Shown: one piece after another, positions 8,601 through 16,537 of the stretch
Layout: each line of letters begins with the position of its first letter
Numbering within the stretch: position 1 is the first letter of the stretch
Virus record (IMG/VR): IMGVR_UViG_3300020469_000149
Location: 1-33,080 of that record
Source: a virus
Lineage: Duplodnaviria > Caudoviricetes
Direction: 5' to 3' (one strand)
Length of the DNA: 33,080 nt
Notes under the pieces: model-generated
Database searches by the model: none
What the model was told of the DNA's origin: nothing
The model's input: the letters and a program-made list of their open reading frames with translations, nothing else
Translations under genes and position numbers: made by a program

Positions 8601-11600
8601 TGACTGCCGGACTTAGCAGGACTGCTGACCAGAAGTTTATTGCTGACGGGACTATTTCACAGGCTGATCTGCGTCGCATGATTGATTATTGGGGCGTGGA
8701 GTACGTACACGCATGGCTTTACACGGGTCTTGGCGACAATTACTTGGTCGAAAACGCGATGGGCTTGTGGGGGGTGTCACCCGCCCCGCGGGTAAATATG
8801 GCGGGCGACTTACTACCTGGGAATGCGGCAATACCTACGGAATACATTGAGGGGCTCGGCGTACTTACCGCTTCTCGAGGCGGTCGCAGGGTCAAGACTG
8901 TCGATAAAGAGCAGATCAACATTGACGATATGACGCCGGAAGAAATCGAGGCGGCGTGGAAGCAGCACAGGAAGAAGCCCTCACGCAAGAGCCAGTACTT
9001 GCGCATCCAGGTTCCTTGGGCTAAAGGTGGTCGAAAGGGCCGGAAAGAGCAGGCCGTCGATGACCGCGACGAATGGATTTATGAACAACGTAAAATAGCG
9101 CGGCAGCAGCTTAAGGACGGCGAGCTCGATGACGCTATTGACGATTACTTGTCAACCGTTGTTCTCGGGTCGAGGCAGGAGCTTGTTCCTAAGACACCAG
9201 CACTTAAACCGACAGACCCGCCGAAGCCGTCCGATGACGTAGCACGCAACCTGGGTGACTCCGTTAACCCAGAAACGGGTGCTCGAGTACCTAGCGCGTT
9301 GCATTTTGATCAGACCGCAGACCAAATTGTTGTGCCGACGATTTCTGATTTTGAGACGTACAGAAACGACATAGGTGGGTACATCGGCCTGCTGCATCGG
9401 GGCGGCTATGGCTTGCAACGAGCGACTGATGGTTGGTCGTGGGGGACGCTCGCTGGTTACCGTTTCGGTCAACGCAACGCGATTGAGGAAAACCTGTTCT
9501 TCTTCCTGACGGGAGGACGACCATTCGATTGGGTTAGTGGCCGCCAGGTAACCACCACTCTGGGCAGGTTAAAGCCTGACGTTTACGTCACTAAGGGTCG
9601 CGGAAGCAAAAAAGGTGAAACACAGTTTATTTACAAGCAGAACGTGGGTTTCATTAACCGTTGGCTCGAATCGAGCCGCACGTTTGGCTGGCAGGTAGTG
9701 AAGGGTGACGGGCGTAACCTTCCGGACGTAATTGACGATTGGGCCGACCTGAACGGCCTCGGGGGTCAAATACTCAGGCATGTGATCGCGCCTGCGATGG
9801 TTCCTCGCGTCGGCATTAGAGGTAGAGGGCCAGCTAAGGGCAAGGTTCGTCAGGAAGATTTCATAAGTAATGAGGAATGGCGCACCGCCATAAACTTTCT
9901 TGTTGACGGCGACTCTGAGCCGTTCTACGAGTTGTTCCTGAGGGCTCTTGTTGCGCAGAAGATCGGCCCCGTCCCATTGACGATCCAAGAGAAGAAGCTG
10001 ATCGCTCGGGTAGCTACCGGAGATGCGGAGCGGGCACTACTCGAGGGCGTCACTGGCGCGGGACGGTTCATGAACAGCAGTGACCTCCCTGGGTACATGG
10101 ATGAGATGATCGGTGTCGCGGAGGAACTTCCCCCTGGTGTTGGTTACGCAGGCAGTAAGCCTCCCCCCGTCCGTGGCTCGGCTATCGGAGTTGATCGTGG
10201 ATACACCACGGCGACTGAGGTAACGGCGCGACTGAACGAGCATTGGCATCACCAGCTGAATTGGGTGATGAATGGCGATGGGCCGGTCGGTGAGCTGTCA
10301 GTGCAGCTTCTTCACTTAGTCTACCGCGGCGAGATGACTGTCGTTGAGGCGAAGCAACAGATTCGCACCCTGATCGCGTCGATGGACGAAAATGATGCTT
10401 GGTCACAGCGGTTCTCTAACTTGCAGCGTCCCGAAGATGTAGACCGTTTTTCTTCCGACTATTTCGAGTCAGTGCTCTCACTGTTCCAGCGGAAAGACGG
10501 GAGCATTAACGCGGAGCTGTTGCAGAAGTTTTTTAGCCCCGAAGGGAAATACTTGGGTTGGTACAGGCCAGCTCAGAAGCAACTCGACGGCGAAGGAATC
10601 ATATTAAAGGATCGCGTAACGGCCAGCGACCTCGCTCGCATCCCGAATGACGATTTACCGCCAGCTCTGCTTGTTCCTGAACAGGTAGATCCGCTTATTC
10701 CTGTCGCCACGGACACGGGAGGCTTGATTAACCACTCGTGGCGTTGGATGAACCGGCAAAACGCACGCTTGTCTAAAGGGCCGATTTTTTGGGCGAACGT
10801 CCTGCGCATCCATCGCAACACCGCGAAGCAGCGAGCCACTCTCGCAGACGAAATCGAAAGTAGAAGCCCAGGAGTCAATCGGGAAGCCATTGACGAAGCC
10901 GTCGAGGTACTCAGTACCCAAACGATCACGGAGCAGGCTTACGAGGCTTCTTTCGCGTACTTGGACAATCCGGCTGTTCGCACAAACGTCGCATGGAAGT
11001 CCCGTAACGTTTCCCGCTACTACCGCGCTACTGAGGATTTTTGGCGGCGTATTCGGCGGCTCGCGGTGCAGAACCCCGAAGCTATCGCTAAGGGAGCATT
11101 GATTTACGGGATCGCGCAGGACAACGGTTTTGTTTTCAAGGATCAGTTCGGGGCCGACTATTTCGCGCTACCTGGCAATCAGGTTTTACTGCGCACCCTA
11201 AGTGTCTTAATGAGCCAAGACCTAGGCATGTGGAACGAGGATATGCCTTACTCGATCACCGGCAAGGCACTCGCATCGAGCCCGTCCCTGGATTTCGAGA
11301 ACAACCTTGTCCCTGGACTTACAGGGATTTCTGCTGGGTTCACATCTATCGTGTTCGAGTTGGGGGATCTTGGTGACAAGTTCCCTGGCATACGTCAGCT
11401 CGCTCTTGGCCCGTACTACGAGCCTACGGGTCAGTGGTTCATTGATGCAGTGAACGCAGGGTTACCTGCTCACGCAAAGACATTATCGAACCTTCTTAAT
11501 CAAGAGGAGCGCGAAAGCGCGCAAGTTACGATGTATCTGCAAACACTAGCTTGGATGCACTCTCGAGGCGAGCTGGACACCTTGACAGTGAGGAACCCTG

Positions 11601-12760
11601 ACGGTTCCGTTACTGAACGTGAGTTCACGAGCTACGAGGACTTGAAGGGGACTGAGCAGGAGCAGTACGCAAATGCGTTAACGATAGCTGGGCTCAGAGC
11701 CAAAGACGTTATGCGGGTTTTCTCTGCTCCTCCCCCGCAACTGCGCGTTGATGACACGAGCCAGTTCGGTAAGCAGCTGGGTATCGAGAATCTTGCCGCG
11801 TACGAGAACATCCACAGGGAAGCCGTCATGGGCTTGTCTGATGAGTTTTTGAAAACTGTCGCTGAGTCGCGTGGTGACACGTACCTGTCTCCGCAGGATT
11901 ACGCGATGGATAACTGGATGGGTTTCCTGCTGGACGACTTGAAGGACAGCCCTTACGTGACGGGGAGCTACAACCTGTCCCCGTACCGCGTATCGACGTT
12001 CTCTACGGTGGGTGGGCCGACCTCGGAGGCGGCGATGGTGCAACCGTCCGTGGCGGCTATGGAGTGGTCGCGGGAGCCAGAGAATAAGAAGTGGCTCGAC
12101 AACGACGCTTACAGGGGTGCGTACTCGTTCTTTACACCTCGATCAGACCGCATTGAGTTCTCCTCAGCCATGTGGAAGCAGATGCGCTTTATTGACCGAA
12201 TCAAGGTGAAGAAGGAAGAGGAGCTGTACATCGACCAGCTGGCTAGGTCTGAGTACGACTACCTGATCGGTCGTGAGATTCAGCGAGACACTGAATACCG
12301 GCAAAACTTAAACGAGCTCGATCCAGGCTATTTCGATCAGCTCAAGTTCGCTGACAAACGAACCGAACTCGAGAAGGACAACCTGGAACGTGAGTACGGG
12401 TCTATGGCAACGAAAAATATGACGATGCGGCAGGGGTCGGCCCAGGAGTCGTACGAGGCGATGAACAGGCTGCTCGTTGAGCTGGATAAGGAATCTAACG
12501 ACGGCACTTATGGCGACCGCCCTGTTGCTCAACGTATTGCTTTCGTGAACCAGCAGTGGGAGCTGTGGGACGCGAGGCGTCTCGCTAACCCTGGAACAAC
12601 TAACAAGGACGAGCGTGAGCGGGCTAAGGCTGAACGGGATTTTTGGGCGAACGTGAAGGCGTACAACAATCCTCAAAATCCGGAAGTTAGGCATTACATC
12701 GGTGCAGTCATAGCGAGGCTCAAGATGACGAAGCTCGATAGCGTGGAAGGGGCTGCTTAA
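5645..12760 (+). CDS. very large putative internal virion (DNA ejection) protein, 2371 aa
   Basis: 7.1-kb ORF in the virion operon, coupled at both ends; mostly helical, without tape-measure repeats; function inferred from size and position. Confidence 0.7.
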   Translation: MATADRMERDIQRQREQRNEPNSRNPWPDIDEYLKATGTTNLVPNQDFRTDDPVEFREQDITDTRREIKGAQRRMATGEYEGIAASNAFATTNVPVSTFVPTSQSSLYEAKLELLEREQNSLGKPVYGRSRLSLGDTDHSNQVMLAAALARKHGAPIAAKDVENLINWERVNLAADRIVKLNLADKPIAADNVARTFAADFFTGDPEVDVELAALFQAAVQIKVEDDGIAKQLMDAAVDPTIINTFAESVGARLVPILQKYLDNVTNPIQQTVRAVALTGREVFGTDDLAVGDGSIVGNRPLVTETKYNETYLEDLVAKTDFTAYEVDIARTLHQSYVRRDGSGEEVIRDLYEKYGDDVESRIILSNIVESASGDPRYSQLMAQVVSAWMGNTGRFLNPFGPSPATSEYAEINDSKLLAQSSAVLGFLSEIIIDPLILGTPPLRAITATRYALAKLAPGAKGGVGSLALKSRAWHPTNKTQRAFQALVDDLNRVGDLRASGDTAGVAEARRRLARQHGVYWSDEIIEAVAREAPRTDGRLTVEGLVEFADNMNDDYLDTVQHYLNEADAAGVTAAEIPQILELVLDDLGVESFDQAIARTNKASFRASRRPQAPKRTLLADLRAKVANAVGVRFLPVSKQAQILAKYADTSDPIQFSKDLAENGIALGDDVRVYKSEGLGGDAAAVTDSSVAAQADELTRNLIPFSGTNVGRPSAVWDNLGRAASRIDTNRKFNLNNVNDAGAMYNYARQFLPRHMAAQIRNAWAQGNVGSRRLLMIGLVQAAGRSRGLPITRLESTNIVDGLAGAAGKGRAGKDAYGIEISGGEGLPSAKLFVADQERAAREAAARAAATRQPTPEDDTLPVGQPLSRSKDEQAQIDEAFDTVTVTVKPPTRSDAEDDAIRDVGGEEVLMDASHPQHEAAWEEMTRAVEAWRAVMLMDDDQVEKILDHYFGVLDDSVDDSYLTWYDQPTLVGDVYTIEPSLPSEMTAGLSRTADQKFIADGTISQADLRRMIDYWGVEYVHAWLYTGLGDNYLVENAMGLWGVSPAPRVNMAGDLLPGNAAIPTEYIEGLGVLTASRGGRRVKTVDKEQINIDDMTPEEIEAAWKQHRKKPSRKSQYLRIQVPWAKGGRKGRKEQAVDDRDEWIYEQRKIARQQLKDGELDDAIDDYLSTVVLGSRQELVPKTPALKPTDPPKPSDDVARNLGDSVNPETGARVPSALHFDQTADQIVVPTISDFETYRNDIGGYIGLLHRGGYGLQRATDGWSWGTLAGYRFGQRNAIEENLFFFLTGGRPFDWVSGRQVTTTLGRLKPDVYVTKGRGSKKGETQFIYKQNVGFINRWLESSRTFGWQVVKGDGRNLPDVIDDWADLNGLGGQILRHVIAPAMVPRVGIRGRGPAKGKVRQEDFISNEEWRTAINFLVDGDSEPFYELFLRALVAQKIGPVPLTIQEKKLIARVATGDAERALLEGVTGAGRFMNSSDLPGYMDEMIGVAEELPPGVGYAGSKPPPVRGSAIGVDRGYTTATEVTARLNEHWHHQLNWVMNGDGPVGELSVQLLHLVYRGEMTVVEAKQQIRTLIASMDENDAWSQRFSNLQRPEDVDRFSSDYFESVLSLFQRKDGSINAELLQKFFSPEGKYLGWYRPAQKQLDGEGIILKDRVTASDLARIPNDDLPPALLVPEQVDPLIPVATDTGGLINHSWRWMNRQNARLSKGPIFWANVLRIHRNTAKQRATLADEIESRSPGVNREAIDEAVEVLSTQTITEQAYEASFAYLDNPAVRTNVAWKSRNVSRYYRATEDFWRRIRRLAVQNPEAIAKGALIYGIAQDNGFVFKDQFGADYFALPGNQVLLRTLSVLMSQDLGMWNEDMPYSITGKALASSPSLDFENNLVPGLTGISAGFTSIVFELGDLGDKFPGIRQLALGPYYEPTGQWFIDAVNAGLPAHAKTLSNLLNQEERESAQVTMYLQTLAWMHSRGELDTLTVRNPDGSVTEREFTSYEDLKGTEQEQYANALTIAGLRAKDVMRVFSAPPPQLRVDDTSQFGKQLGIENLAAYENIHREAVMGLSDEFLKTVAESRGDTYLSPQDYAMDNWMGFLLDDLKDSPYVTGSYNLSPYRVSTFSTVGGPTSEAAMVQPSVAAMEWSREPENKKWLDNDAYRGAYSFFTPRSDRIEFSSAMWKQMRFIDRIKVKKEEELYIDQLARSEYDYLIGREIQRDTEYRQNLNELDPGYFDQLKFADKRTELEKDNLEREYGSMATKNMTMRQGSAQESYEAMNRLLVELDKESNDGTYGDRPVAQRIAFVNQQWELWDARRLANPGTTNKDERERAKAERDFWANVKAYNNPQNPEVRHYIGAVIARLKMTKLDSVEGAA

Positions 12761-13770
12761 TGGCTAAGTCTTGGTATTGCGGGGAAAACAAAATTGCAGC
12801 ACTTGATATGGAGGAACGGCTAGCCGCAAAAGGTGAAAGCAACTTGCTCAAGATGGACAGCAGCGGTGGGGTTGTTTGCGTCAACGGGGCCTCCTTGGAG
12901 CTCATGGATGACGACGAAGTTACAGGCGATGAGGGTGGTAGCAGGGTTGTTGACCGCACTTACGGCCCTTACAAAACGGAGTTAAGCAAGGACGGCCTCT
13001 CGAGCACCGAAGTTCGTGAAGTGACGATGGTGGACGACGAGGGTGAGGAGTTCACGCGAACGGAACGGAAACCTGGCCCGCAGCGTGTCATCTTTGACCA
13101 GAGCGAGCAGTTTTACGACCGCCTTGACCGCTTGGGCGGCGGTGGCTTGATGACTAACCGCGAAACAAAATCCATTGATGAGGCCAAGAACTACATTAAC
13201 GAGGTTCGCGCTAAGGGCGGCGGGGTGGAGAACAATCCGGAGTACGCCAACCTTGTCGCGGGTATCGAGGGCTATTTCGGCGTCAAGATCGAGAGCTACA
13301 CATCCATAGATGCCGCGTTTAATCGCATGGTCGATGACGTTGCCGAAGACGGCGGCTCCATCATGGGCGCACTTGACCAAGGCCGGAAGTTCCGGATGAT
13401 GCCAGGTTTCGGTGGCGGCGGCTCTGGTGGCGGTGGCACTCGGTACTCGTACACGGAAGCGAACGAGGCTGATGTGCGGCTTCTCGCTAACGGTCTTGCG
13501 GAGGAAATGATTGGTCGCCGGATTACAGAGAAAGAGTTTGACAAGCTGCTTAAGCGGGTGCGTGAAGAGGAGGGCGAGTCCCCAACTATTTCACGCTCGA
13601 GTGGCAGTACGACGCGCACTGAGACTGGCATCACTAACTCTGAGCGTGAAGAGGTACTAGCGGAGGTGCTGCGCGAGAACCCAGAGTGGAAGAAGTACCA
13701 GATGGATACGGCTTCCCTCGACTACACGCGCGATTTCATTCGTGAACAGAGGACGAAGGCGAACCTGTGA
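12760..13770 (+). CDS. putative internal virion protein, 336 aa
   Basis: translationally coupled ORF within the structural operon. Confidence 0.65.
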   Translation: MAKSWYCGENKIAALDMEERLAAKGESNLLKMDSSGGVVCVNGASLELMDDDEVTGDEGGSRVVDRTYGPYKTELSKDGLSSTEVREVTMVDDEGEEFTRTERKPGPQRVIFDQSEQFYDRLDRLGGGGLMTNRETKSIDEAKNYINEVRAKGGGVENNPEYANLVAGIEGYFGVKIESYTSIDAAFNRMVDDVAEDGGSIMGALDQGRKFRMMPGFGGGGSGGGGTRYSYTEANEADVRLLANGLAEEMIGRRITEKEFDKLLKRVREEEGESPTISRSSGSTTRTETGITNSEREEVLAEVLRENPEWKKYQMDTASLDYTRDFIREQRTKANL

Positions 13771-14723
13771 GCGCAGATCCAAGCGATGCAAGTATGGAGT
13801 CATCTGATCGTCAGCGACTTAAGAGCGAGTATGTTGCTATTTTTCAGCTGGCTCAGAACGACCCGTCGGGTTTTCTTCTCGAGAAAGCCAAGCAATACAA
13901 GAAGCGGCTGAACAAGAACAACCCCAACGCTTTCGAGTCTGCTGCTGACGCACAGGACTTCTGGAACCGCGCCTTGCGGGAAAACGAGTTCTGGTCAAGC
14001 TTGCAACTTTCAGAACAGGCCGCAGCAACTAACCTTGCTGACCCGACTATGGCGGGTGAGGTCGAGGCACAGATTGGTGATAAGCGTCTTGCCATTGAGT
14101 CTCGGGCTGCTCAAGTCGGAGTTGATCTGGCAGAGGAAACGCTTGTTGCGTTATCGGATCAGGCTTACCGTGAGAATTGGGGCAGCCTCGATATCGAGAC
14201 TGCTCTGCAAGCTCAGGTTAATGAGCAGCTCTCGGCCAGCGAGGACAACCTTGGTTTTACTGGCAGCTTGGGTGCAGCCGCGTCGGAGCTTTCCGCGTGG
14301 AGCCGTAGGAACGGTTTAGAGATTTCGCAGGCTGACGCTGACAGTCTGCTGAGTAACGTCTCTTTCCAAAACATGACACTCGATGAAGTCAAGACTCAAC
14401 TGCGCTCGCAATACATGGTGGGTGCGTACCCGTCGTGGGCTGAGCAAATCCAGAACGGGTACGACATTTACGACTTGTCGGCTCCTTACCGCGGCGTCGC
14501 GGAACGGATGCTCGGGCGCACCAATGGCTCGCTCGGCATGAGTGATCCGATCTTGAAACAGATGATGCAGTACCAGGACGCGAACGGTCAGATGCGTATT
14601 CGACCTTTGTATGAGGCAGAGGAGTACATACGTGGCCTTGACGAGTGGCAAGGGAGCCTTGACGCGCAACAAACGTACGCACGGACAGTGAGCAGTGTCG
14701 GCAAAATGTTTGGATTTGGGTGA
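13767..14723 (+). CDS. putative internal virion protein, 318 aa
   Basis: GTGA overlap with upstream gene; helical; ends in GKMFGFG. Confidence 0.65.
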   Translation: MSADPSDASMESSDRQRLKSEYVAIFQLAQNDPSGFLLEKAKQYKKRLNKNNPNAFESAADAQDFWNRALRENEFWSSLQLSEQAAATNLADPTMAGEVEAQIGDKRLAIESRAAQVGVDLAEETLVALSDQAYRENWGSLDIETALQAQVNEQLSASEDNLGFTGSLGAAASELSAWSRRNGLEISQADADSLLSNVSFQNMTLDEVKTQLRSQYMVGAYPSWAEQIQNGYDIYDLSAPYRGVAERMLGRTNGSLGMSDPILKQMMQYQDANGQMRIRPLYEAEEYIRGLDEWQGSLDAQQTYARTVSSVGKMFGFG

Positions 14724-14728
14724 TCTGA

Positions 14729-15832
14729 GTGGCTACTCCTTATGATGAGAACCTACGCAATCACCAGAACATGCTGCAATACCAGCAGTATCTTGCTTCT
14801 CGAGGTTTAGCGTCTGTCGGTTCCGTTCAGCATATTCAGAATGTTGTTAGCGGGATTCAATCTCAAATAAACAACTACACCCCCCCACAGACTCCACAAG
14901 ACAGGACGCCTGCGCCTCGGCAGCCAACAGCTGCGGAGATAGCTCAAGCGCAAGAAAATATCCGTGCCGCTAATGAGAAGAAGAAGCTGGACGAGGAGGC
15001 TCGAGCGATCCTGCGCACCACGTTTGGTGGCTGGGGCGGCATGGAAGGTCTGATTGACCAGATCGACCAATTAATCGTGAAGTACGGAAACAACACTGAG
15101 GTCATTCTTAGCAAGGTCACGGAAACGGAACAGTACAAGACTCGATTTAAGGGCTTAGTGGATTTGCGGGCGCAAGGAATCACGGACATTCGCAACGAGG
15201 CTGAGTATCTGGGCTTGGAGCGGGACTACCGCGGAGTGTTCCGTGAAGCTGGTATGCGGGACTTCCTTGGGCCAGACGGTACGCAAACCCAATTCGACGC
15301 TATCGCGGAGCTCGTGACCGACTACTCCGTCAGCGTGAATGAGGTTCGCGCTCGAGTCACCGACGCTGCTCGAGTGGTCCAAGATACGAGCCCTGAGGTC
15401 GCTTCTGCTCTCGAGGAGTATTACGGCCTCGACGCAGCCACTCTCACTGAGTACGTCCTTGACCCTGTGCGCACGCAAAACAAGATCAACCAGATCAGTA
15501 ACGCGACCTTGCTGGGCGCAACGGCAGCTCGAGCAACACTTGATATTGACAAGGCCACTGCTGAGAGCGTCGCTTCCCTTTCTGGTGATGAAGATGTGAA
15601 CGTGGGAGCGTTTACGTCAGAGTTCGGTAAGGCAGCTGTGATTCGTGACGCTACTTCCCGTCTGTCGAACATCGAGGGTAGCGAACTAACGGACGATGAA
15701 GTCGTGAGCGCGCAGTTTGTTAACGATCCTGACGCAACAAAGAAGATTCGAGGCTTGCAGTCTCGGGAGCGAGCGCGCTTTAGTGGTCGATCTGGGATCA
15801 CTAGCTCCTCGCTTGACACTAATCGCGGGTAA
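14729..15832 (+). CDS. putative internal virion protein, 367 aa
   Basis: ORF in structural operon; C-terminal ERARFSGRSG motif. Confidence 0.65.
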   Translation: MATPYDENLRNHQNMLQYQQYLASRGLASVGSVQHIQNVVSGIQSQINNYTPPQTPQDRTPAPRQPTAAEIAQAQENIRAANEKKKLDEEARAILRTTFGGWGGMEGLIDQIDQLIVKYGNNTEVILSKVTETEQYKTRFKGLVDLRAQGITDIRNEAEYLGLERDYRGVFREAGMRDFLGPDGTQTQFDAIAELVTDYSVSVNEVRARVTDAARVVQDTSPEVASALEEYYGLDAATLTEYVLDPVRTQNKINQISNATLLGATAARATLDIDKATAESVASLSGDEDVNVGAFTSEFGKAAVIRDATSRLSNIEGSELTDDEVVSAQFVNDPDATKKIRGLQSRERARFSGRSGITSSSLDTNRG

Positions 15833-15838
15833 GACCGC

Positions 15839-15917
15839 GGGGGCGAATAGGTAAGACCTCACGAAAATCCCCAAGAGGGCAACGTGAGGAACGTGGGTTC
15901 GAATCCCACCGCCTCCA
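15839..15917 (+). ncRNA. minimal tmRNA-like RNA (tRNA-like domain only, alanine acceptor, no mRNA-like domain)
   Basis: acceptor GGGGGCG/CGCCTCC with G3.U70 and discriminator A; stemless D-loop AATAGGTAAGA; helix CCTCACG/CGTGAGG closing 19 nt; AAC linker; T-arm GTGGG-TTCGAAT-CCCAC; CCA not encoded. Confidence 0.8.
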
Positions 15918-15923
15918 CGCCGA

Positions 15924-16005
15924 CCAGGACCGACCGGCCCCTGGCGAGAAACAGTCCGGTAGTCAGAGCCATTAGGCACTCCCCCAAGTGTTTTCTGCGG
16001 CTGGC
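15924..16005 (+). promoter_or_regulatory. structured leader (H-type pseudoknot plus hairpin) upstream of scaffold gene
   Basis: CCAGG(15924-28)/CCTGG(15940-44) crossed by ACCGG(15933-37)/CCGGT(15956-60); AGCC/GGCT enclosing GGCACT/AGTGTT. Confidence 0.5.
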
Positions 16006-16036
16006 GATTCACATAGAAGAGATAGGGAGAACACCA

Positions 16037-16495
16037 ATGTCCGAAAACGACGAGTTCGACATCGACAACCTGGATGACGATTCGGGTACTGACGTTGTTC
16101 GACAGCTCCGCAAGGCATACAAGGCTAAGCAAAAGGAAGTAGATCAACTCCGCAAGCAAGTGGACGAGTTTTCTTCTGCCAGCCGGAAGAGTGTCGTAGA
16201 GGGCGTACTGACCGAAAAAGGCGTGGATGCGCGTATCAGCAAGTTCATCCCCGAATCGGTTACGACCGTTGATGAAGTTGAAGCCTGGATAGGTGAGAAC
16301 GCTGACTTGTTTGGGCTCGAGACGCAACCTCAGGGAGATTCTGAGGAAGTCCAGGCCGCAGCTCGTATCGCTTCCGTTGGGTCTGCCGCGACAGCGGTGG
16401 ACGCGGGTGATTTGCAAACCCGCATCGCTAATGCGCAGAGTCAAGAGGAGTTAAACGAACTTCTGTTTGGCAACAAGTACGGGCCGGTCAAGTAA
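16037..16495 (+). CDS. capsid scaffolding protein
   Basis: ATG after AGGGAG; acidic N-terminus and coiled coil (VVRQLRKAYKAKQKEVDQLRKQ); directly before major capsid gene. Confidence 0.8.
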   Translation: MSENDEFDIDNLDDDSGTDVVRQLRKAYKAKQKEVDQLRKQVDEFSSASRKSVVEGVLTEKGVDARISKFIPESVTTVDEVEAWIGENADLFGLETQPQGDSEEVQAAARIASVGSAATAVDAGDLQTRIANAQSQEELNELLFGNKYGPVK

Positions 16496-16537
16496 TCCAC
16501 ATCACTACTACACCCTTAAGGGGGGTGAATCGCAAGT

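Noticed and set aside
5645-12760. tape measure protein or virion RNA polymerase
   Set aside because: No tail tube or chaperone genes, no tape-measure periodicity, and no polymerase catalytic motifs recognised.
15813-15835. sigma70 promoter TTGACA...TAAGAC for the mini-tmRNA
   Set aside because: Spacer is 11 bp rather than 16-18.
15839-15917. ordinary tRNA gene, or a second attP targeting ssrA
   Set aside because: No D-stem and no 7-nt anticodon loop; both halves of the acceptor stem are present and it lies 12 kb from the integrase inside the virion operon, unlike an attP fragment.
15918-15965. HDV-like (theta) ribozyme trimming the tRNA-like 3' end
   Set aside because: Only 2 nt separate the second stem's 5' strand from the first stem's 3' strand, leaving no room for P3/L3/P1.1.
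15884-16036. 51-aa N-terminal extension of scaffold as called by the ORF track
   Set aside because: The GTG lies inside the RNA element without an RBS; ATG 16037 has a good RBS.
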